A DNA stretch of 64,000 bases, from assembly GCA_963920595.1 (NCBI GenBank), contig OY986946.1, positions 9,486,001 through 9,550,000 of the forward strand, read 5' to 3'. The stretch is from Eimeria praecox. Its lineage: Eukaryota. A program made the position numbers and the translations under genes. Below, piece after piece: positions 56,001-64,000 of the stretch (its first letter is position 1; each line of letters begins with the position of its first letter). The notes beneath the pieces were generated by a model. The model was not told the DNA's origin and did no database searches. It saw only the letters and a list, made by a program, of their open reading frames with translations.

Positions 56001-58786
56001 TGTTTATGTGCCGCCCAGCAATAGCATTACGCCTCCCAGCTACCCGAACATCCATGGGTCCCATATGGTAAGCGGAGAGGAGTCAGTATCCCAAGGAAAG
56101 AAGCGAAGACACTCTGACGCAGCTCAGATATGCCGCTGCAAACCATGAAGAAATGCATTCAGGCTGCTGCTCCCAGCCATCAGCGTCTTCGCTCAGTTGA
56201 AGGCTTCCAGACACAGCAAGCAGCAGCTCGGGGGAAGGTTCCGGAGTAAGGGAGGGCTAAACAAGTTTCTACAGCAAACAATGCTGGGCAGTCAATCTTG
56301 GTCTTCGTGGATTTACATTCCTAGCGAAGCATTAAGGACTTTCGCGTTCCCTAAGGCAGGGTCATGCCTGCTCGACCTCTTCCCACTGCGCCGGCGCATA
56401 TTAGAATCCAGAACATGGAAATACCAGCATACCAGTAAAACTGCCCTTTCAAAATGGTTGAGGGGATCACCGAAATTTCCTTGATGCCCCTCCGCATAAC
56501 GGTCCTAATGCCACTGCGGGAAGGAACAAGTAAGAGAGACAGAGAGGCAGGTCATGCTCGTAAAGGACGCACAGAAATCAAACAATGCTACAATAATTCG
56601 CCAGGGGATCCAGAACCCCTGTGAGTTTTGGTGTTGCTTGGCTTGACACTTCAGCACCTTGACACAGCAGCAACCACCGCAGCGAAAGGGATGAACAGCG
56701 TCGCCTGATTTGGGGTTGCCACAACCTGTGCAGACAGCGGTTTTACCATGGGGTTTCATGCATCTGTATCAACCTGCCCTTTGTCAGTCATTATTTTGCA
56801 GCAATGGGTTGAGCCCTTCCGTCCACCCTTCACTAGCTCGACGCCACTCCCGGCGGTAGGTGTGTATAGTTGATGTCTACTTTTGTTGTTTTGGTAGTGA
56901 TGGCAGCAGCACAGCACTACGCCTAATACACACAATCTGCAGGGACATTCTTCTCTGCCAAATGGCCTGTTGGGCTGCGTAGGCCTGGATGAGCCGCCTG
57001 CAATCTGTAATATAATTAGCAGAACCCATTACCTATATTCTATGCTCATGTTTTTGCCGCATATTCTGGGCACTTTCTTCTTCATGTGTGCGCCATTCCT
57101 CGCTGGGTAGCGGCTTGGCACTAGCGGCTCACTAGGGCCTGCGCTGTGGGAAGAGCGAAATGGGGCAGATGAAAGAAGGCCAGCTCCCGGTTGGCCGGTG
57201 CGTCACAGCATGCATGCATGCTGACTGTTGAAATCCATGTGGGTGTTCAACAATTCCAACGACGTTAGTAGGAAGGGGGGTTGGGCGTGCTTGCACCTGG
57301 GGCTACCTTGCGGTATGAGATGCGGCAGAAACAAATGCAGCCCTGGAAGGGACATGTCCTCTCCCCTTCTTTCCTAGTTACTTCGGGTTCTTTTCCTAGT
57401 ACGTTTAAAGGTTGGAAGGAAATTCTCCTACTGCTTGTGGGGCCATTTAACCAAATGTTTTGGCTTTCTTTGAGCTCTCGAAAGTCCTAGACCTAGGCCA
57501 AATATGCTAGTTGTAAACACACGGGAAAATACAGGCAGCGAAACAAAAGCAGCGTGGAACAAGCGCCTCCACGCAGAAGTCAATCAACGACTCAGCTCCC
57601 AAAGCATTTTCTTCTTGACCCCCATCCCGCTCCGTAAAACAATAGCTTACAGTTCTGGGGATGTATTAACACGTGCTACTCTTCCTTGGGTTGAGTGAGA
57701 ATCCGCACTTTTCTTGCGGCTTTCTCCTCTGTGTGCACCTGTGTATCTGCATGCTTATGACGAATGACTTCCTCTACCTTTCCTTCCTGCATCATCTGTT
57801 TCGGGGATGCATTCCCTTACCCTTCTTCTCTGAGTTGTTTTCCTCTATCTCGCTGTCTTTATACCTATCTGTACAAGGTTGGGGGGGGGCTGTATGCTCC
57901 GTTCAGAAATGCAATCGCTCAATAATGACCACTTCACCCCCCAGCAACAAGGCCATTCCAAAGACTAACTGTAAATGAATTCATCCGACTGTATTTGTGT
58001 GAAGACTAAAATGATGGCATAAACAAATGATTATACGAAATAAACAATTAAACGACGCACCATTCTCTACACAGACACGAGGAAAATCGCGACATCGTCA
58101 ATCGGGGGTATGTTACATACACAAAACAATGTTATCAATGTCTTCCTGTATTATTTTCTTTCCTCTATGAATACTCATGATAAATTTCGGCTTGCAAGTG
58201 ATTAAACATCGAGTTTTCTTGATCGAGTAGTACATGAATTGGGGGCCCCCTGGTCTACCCTACTTCGCTTGCCGGGTCTACGGAGGACCACCGCCTCATC
58301 CTCAAGCCATCAAATATTCCCAAGTGCAAAATAACAACTTATTTAGTTTTTACAGAACGACTCTGAAGAAATACCAATGAATGCGAATTCAAGGCAACTG
58401 GCTGTGTGGGCTTTCTTCTGGTGTTCACCGTAACACTGCCAGCCAGTATTCTGGTCGTGTGTATGTCCTCACATCCTTCTTCTCTTTACTAGCATAATAT
58501 GCGCTATATAATGAAGATATACACGCAATGATTGAAGTTGACACGCACAGATACACCTGAACCTGAATCTTGAACACCAGAGACCGCTAGCAAAGCCGAC
58601 GAAGCCTCAGATGCAGCTAAACACAGCGACTCCCGATGTTGCGATTCCTCTGGGATATCGCAGGCGGCTGCACGAGCAGATGGGGATGGCTATGGGGCTT
58701 TTGTAACCAGTTAGGTGCGTGTTAGGGGTCTGCGAAAAGGTTGCATTTGCAGCACGAGGTGTACGAGGCCCCCTTCAGCCGCCATT

Positions 58787-61700
58787 ATGCCGCCTCACAT
58801 TCCTACGCAGCGACAGAATCCATCCACTGCAGCAGCTGCAGCAGGTGCTGCAACTGCTGCACCCCAGCAACAGCACCAGCAACAGGTGCGATCCCAGCAT
58901 TCGCAGCTTCAACAGCCCCAGCAGATGCCATTTGTGCAGCAGCCCCAAGAGCATCATCAGCTAGAACAGCAGCAACAGCATCAGAAACGTACAAGTTGTG
59001 GGTCTGGTGTAGCTGCCAACAGTATCTTGAGTTCATTTGACGCTTTCGCCTTCGATGCACCGAAGACCCCACAGAGAATCACCCCTAGAAAAGCTGCCGC
59101 AAAGGCAAGAGGAGGCGCTGGGCCCCGCAGAACCAGAAGCCCCCTAGCCAGAAATTCCATCTGTGGCGGTTCCAGCTGCAGCAGCTACACGGAGGCCAGC
59201 AGCAACACAAGCAGCAGGGGCGACCCTAGAAGCAACAGCCGTGACAACATCACCACCGGCGGCAACAGCAGCAACAGCAGCAGGAGCGCCATCGAGTTGC
59301 AGAGGGAATCTGAACTAAGCCCAGGAGTGCGGCTTTCTCTAGAATGGCTGGAAGAGGCAGAAAGGAGGCGGGGGTTGAGCAGCACAGAAGTTGCTGCTGC
59401 CTTCCGCTGTCCCTTATGCCACCAGTTCACTATGACATTTCGTTCGGGCCGTTATGGTAAGTAGCATAGGCCTACAAGGGCTTTGCATGCGCTGATGAAA
59501 ATCAAGAGCACATCCCCATGAGGCGCCGCCACTACCTGCTTCCCGCCTTTGTCGCTGCTGCAGTTGCTGTTGTTGCTTGTAGTGGCGTTGCTTCTGCTGG
59601 TGCTGTTACGGTGTCCCAAACACACATCAGCAACCGCAGCAACAACAAGTTTTGCTGTTGTTTCTCTAGTTGCTGATGCTGCTGCTGCTGCTGCTGCTGG
59701 TATGTGTCAGGCATGTTCTTGGGCTGTAATCGCTATCCAGAATGCCAGGGCAAAATAAGCGGCGCAAAGGTAGAAAAGTGGCGGTGCTGTACTGGCAACA
59801 GCAGCAGCAGCAACGGTATCCGTATCTTCTGTGAGCTTGAGGACCCACATACCTTCAGGCTGCATGCTGCCGGCTGTACAGACACCGGAGTGATGCTGGC
59901 GGACGCTCTTCCACGCATCATTCAAACCGCTGCCAAGGCCTATGCAAGACAGCAACAGCTCCACCAGGAGCAGCAGCAGCAAGAGGACAATTGCAGCATC
60001 CCTGACTTCTTGCGGCCTATTTCTTGGTTACCGAGGAGTGACCGCATAAAATCAGATGAGGCGATGCTGCGGCAGTTTAGCGATGCGGCTGTTGCGCATG
60101 CAGTTGCTGTTGAAAGCGCCGCTGTACGTGAATCAGATGCAGCGGAAGCAACAGCAGCTTCTGCTGCTGTTGGGGTTGCTGCCCTGGGCGGTGCGGATGA
60201 TCGAACTGCTGGGGCTAGTGGCTGTGGCGCTGCTGCATCAGCAGGTGCTGCTGCATCTATTGCTACAGACTCTGTTGCAGCACGCGTGTGCAGCCTGGGG
60301 CGCACTGCGAGTGGGGAGCGTCTCCGTTTTGTGGATTGGTCAAAAGGGTGCCTGGAGGCCCCTGGGGATGGGCTGAAGTATAACGATGGCTGTGTCTTCC
60401 CCTTGGCGGCCTATCCGTTTGTCTTGCAAGCGACAGCTTCTGTTTGCGGATGGGCGGCCCTGACTCCCATCCCTTCTCTCACCCTCCGATTCTTTAGGGA
60501 AGTCTGGGGGCCGGGGAAGTACCTTGTCACTTCAAAGCAAGTGAGATAGACTGCTGCTATTAATGCTAGAGTGTCGTTTGCTGCTGTTGCTGCGGCTGCT
60601 TCTGTGGCTGCTGCTGTTGTTGCCGTCCTAGGGCTTGGTTTGGTGATTGGGGCTATGTGGCAGTCGCTGCTGCTGCTGTGGCTACTGGGACTGCGGAGGG
60701 CCGTGCTGCTGCTGGATTTGCTGTGGCTGTTTCTGCCGTGTACATGTTGTTTAGACCATGTGGGCTGTTAACACTCCGTTTGCAGCCTCTACAGTGCATC
60801 AACGGTTGTGTGTTGCAACTGCTGCAGCGAGTAGTGCTGCGGTTGCTGCTGCAGGCAGTTGGATTTTCTTTGTGTTGTTGGTGCGTGTAGAGAGCACTGG
60901 ACGTTGCCTGGTGGTTGCTGCCTTCTCGGTTGCGGCAGCATCTGCTGCCTTTTCAGTGGGAAGGCCTCGCCTACGCGCTGCAGCGGGGAGGCCGCGCCAT
61001 AATTGGGGACGAAATGGGGCTTGGAAAGACAGTGCAGGCCATCGCATGCATTGCGGTGTACAGACAATTCCCATGTCTTATAGTCGTAAGTTGGCGGGCC
61101 CCTTGGCACTTGACGACTCTCACACGGATGAGTGTATGGCTTCTGCAGAGGGGATACGCCACCGCTATGATGTTGCTGCTTTGGCTGCCGTTTCTGCTGC
61201 TACTGCTGTCGCCGTAGGTACCTGCGTCTATGCGCTTGGCTTGGGCTGATGCATTGGAGGAGTGGCTTCCGGAATACAGCGGGCCTCCTAATTTGCGGGT
61301 GTTGTTTGCAAGTGGGGATCGTCCTTCTCCGGAGGAGAAGCATTTGATTTGTTTATCCTCTTTTGAAATGGCTGCCCGGCTGTACGACACTCTCAAGGCT
61401 ACGCAATACAAACTTGTCGTTGTTGACGAGGCCCACAAGCTCAGGGGCCCTGCCATTCCACGGGCCGCATCCTACACGGCCTCAGAAGCAGCAGCAATAG
61501 CAGCAGGTGCAGCAACAGCAGCGGAAACAGAGACAGCTGCAGCAGAATTCACAACACCACCAGACATAGCGGCAGATGACTGTGCTCTTGCCCCCACATC
61601 GTCTGCTGCAACTGTTCCCTGCAACGAACCCGCGGATTTGCCGATGTCCCAGAAGCCCCAGCAGCAGAATACGCAGAAGCAGCAGCCGGAACGGTCCCCC

Positions 61701-64000
61701 CGAAAACGCAAGAACTGGAGGCCGCCGGGTAGCGGCCAGGAGGTTAACAAGAAGGTATTAGACCTCGTAAAGGGCAGCTGCCACGCGCTGCTGCTGTCAG
61801 GCACTCCTTCTGTGAAGTTGCCAGCTGACCTGTTTCCTCTAGTCGATGCTTTACTGCCGCCTCTGGAGCAGGAGGCAGCAGCTGAAAGGAGGCGACAACA
61901 GCTGCAACAGTGGCAGCAACTCGAACTGGCAGCGGCAGCGGCGGCGGCGGACACTGCTGCATCAGGCGCTGTTGCTGCTCTGGCTGGGGAGGTGGAAGCA
62001 CCGGAGGAGGAAGGGACACGAGGATCCGCGGCAAAAACAACAGGTTTCTTTGTCTCTCATGGGGCCGTCCAATCTCCGTGGTCGGTGGCGACGACAGCGT
62101 GGAGGACAGCTTCAGCAGCCGCAGCAGCAACATCAGCGGCGGCAGCAGCAAACGTAGCAGGTGGGGCTCCGGCTGAGGCCTTTGGGGAGCCTTTGGACCA
62201 TGCTGCTTCCCCCGCCACTCAGAAGCGCGAAAAGGAGACTCTTGTCTCCTTCGCAGAGGGGGGACAGGCCCGGCGACGCGTTGGAAACATACTGAGAGAG
62301 GAGCGACTACAGTTTGCCGGTGAGGCTGTATAGACCTACCTTGTCTTGCTGATCAAGGTTCTGCTTCTTCTGTTCGTGCTGCTGATGCGGGGTGTGTTTT
62401 TGTTGAGTTTTGTGGTGATGGTTGCACGGGCCTGTTGGCTTCGACTTCTTGGTCAGCTTCTGGCTATGCATTCCATCCTTCTAGCCTATCCACAATTTGG
62501 GGGAGTATGTCTTTCAGGATGGGCGTGGGGCAGTGCTGTGTTGGCTGCTACTCAGAAGAGTACTGCTGCTCTTCGCGAGCCTTCGGTTCGTGGAGAAGGT
62601 TTGGAGCATCTCTCCGGAGTTGGGAGCTGCATCTACTGCTCACGCGAGCCGTTCTGGTGCGGAGAAGAAAGACTCTCAGAGACCCGACCCGAACGAGTGC
62701 GCAGCGGGGGATAGGCCAGGAGCCCCCGCAAGACGGTGCTCATGGTTCTTCTCAGGGTTCTGTTCAAGGAATTACAGACGAGCCCCCGGGCAGTATCTCT
62801 GAAGGTCACTCCAGACAGAATGAACAGCGGCAGGCTTTAGTCGGGGGCATGCGCTCCCATTCGCTAGTAGGGAGCCAGCGTCCTGCAAAAACTTCCATGG
62901 GGGGCCCCCTGGCATCGTTGAAGGGTTTTGCCTCGGGCAAGGAGACAGACCTTCCTGTGCCTGAGCCTCAGGACAGGTTCAGATCAGTCTCCTTGTCTCC
63001 CGTTGACGGTCCAGTGCTCTCGATGCAGGACGTAGAACACCTTGTAGAAGGATTGCCTTGGGCCTCTCAGGCTCCGGGGGACTGTGACGCTCTCGTGCTG
63101 CCGCCTTGCACGCGAATCGTGCAACTGCTGTTGCTGCACTGCAACAACAAACTGGTAACAGCCATGGGGGAAGGCCTTCTGCTACGGAAACCAGCTTACC
63201 ACTCGTTACTACGGGAAGCGGAAAGGGCTGCTGCGGACTCCTCTGACAGCAGCAGCGGCGACAGCGACTTTGACCTTGGCAGTAGGTCTTCTTCGGTCCG
63301 TTCCTCTCCTTCTCCTTTATTCTTTCTTTCTAGCCAGTTTTCCCTCGCGTTTCGCTTTATCATCCTTTGCGTTTCTCCGCTGGCTGCTCGTTCTCCCAGT
63401 TGCTTGCCAGTGAATTGCGTCTTGTCTCCACAATCATCTCCTGCTGTGTGGAGGCCCCGCACTGCCACCAGTTTGCGGCGTATCCTGCTGTACCGCTAGC
63501 TGTCCTGCTCTACCGCTAGCTCTGCGGGCCTCTAAACAATTTGCGTGCATTCTGCTTCTACACGGACTATCTTTCAAGGCATACGTTTGCCTCTTTGTGT
63601 TTGAGGCCGTTCCGCAGCCATGACGCCCTGCAACTCCTCCGACATCCCAGGTGTCGCGGCTCAGTTGACGCGGCGGCCCCCCGCAACACCAGCCGAGCGC
63701 GCGGGCCTCTGCAAAGTCTTGTCCGCTGCGGATTGGCTGCACGAGAAGTTCTTGAGAGATACTCCTGTCTCATCCTGGCCCGAAGAAGATGCTGAAGGTT
63801 CGTCCTTAAACCCTTCCCTCCTTAAGGCTCAGAAGGACTCTGGGCTGTTCAGGCGGCGCATTTTGTCGTGTTAAGCGACACAAAAGACCCTGTTTTACCG
63901 CAAACACGCACGCGATTAATAGAGATGACCCTATGATACTAGAGAGCTTTGCTTCTAAAATTTGTAGTTTCTTTGGAGAAACGATTGGAAGAAGGGACAT
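58787..64000 (+). CDS. SNF2-family ATPase, SMARCAL1/ZRANB3-like, with N-terminal topoisomerase-type C4 zinc ribbon; 3' end outside the window
   Basis: Exons 58787-59456, 59711-60540, 60891-61085, 61218-62319, 62556-~63281, ~63618-63797. Motifs: LLPFQWEG...GGRAIIGDEMGLGKTVQA (I), LIVVPASMRLAW (Ia), VVVDEAH (II), LLLSGTPS (III), FAEEYC...GASLRSWELHLLLTRAVLVRRRK, AGLCKV. Zinc ribbon CPLC...RSGRYGMFLGCNRYPEC is split by intron 1. Confidence 0.88.

Noticed and set aside
52636..58700. Short ORFs or a degenerate retrotransposon in the repeat-poor interval
   Set aside because: No recognisable gag, RT, RNase H or integrase motifs, LTRs or consistent exon chain. A TBLASTN against Eimeria chromovirus proteins would be needed to exclude an old remnant.

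Overview
Eukaryotic DNA, almost certainly from a coccidian of the genus Eimeria: massive (CAG/CTG)n tracts, internal telomere-like (AAACCCT/TTTAGGG)n arrays and TGCATGCA motifs. A repeat-rich segment (1 to ~50.1 kb) switches abruptly to a repeat-poor one. Most of the supplied ORF track is repeat artefact, so genes were rebuilt by hand from splice sites. (1) A very large minus-strand low-complexity protein gene (~0.6-15.6 kb, both ends uncertain) with an F-box-like motif, a SIM-like motif and two C-terminal SUMO-like domains. (2) A complete 44-exon carbamoyl phosphate synthetase II gene (16789-47080, 1770 aa, all phases consistent, two GC-AG introns). (3) An intronless GNB1L/Asa1-like WD40 gene. 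(4) ALG13. (5) A 228-aa hypothetical gene. (6) A SMARCAL1/ZRANB3-like SNF2 ATPase with an N-terminal topoisomerase-type C4 zinc ribbon, running off the window. The most striking oddity is CPSII intron 2: an array of 12 extra copies of the exon-2 3' end plus its GC splice donor, separated by telomere-like spacers. Several copies could act as in-frame 18-nt microexons or recursive splice sites. Similar junction duplications occur in other introns.
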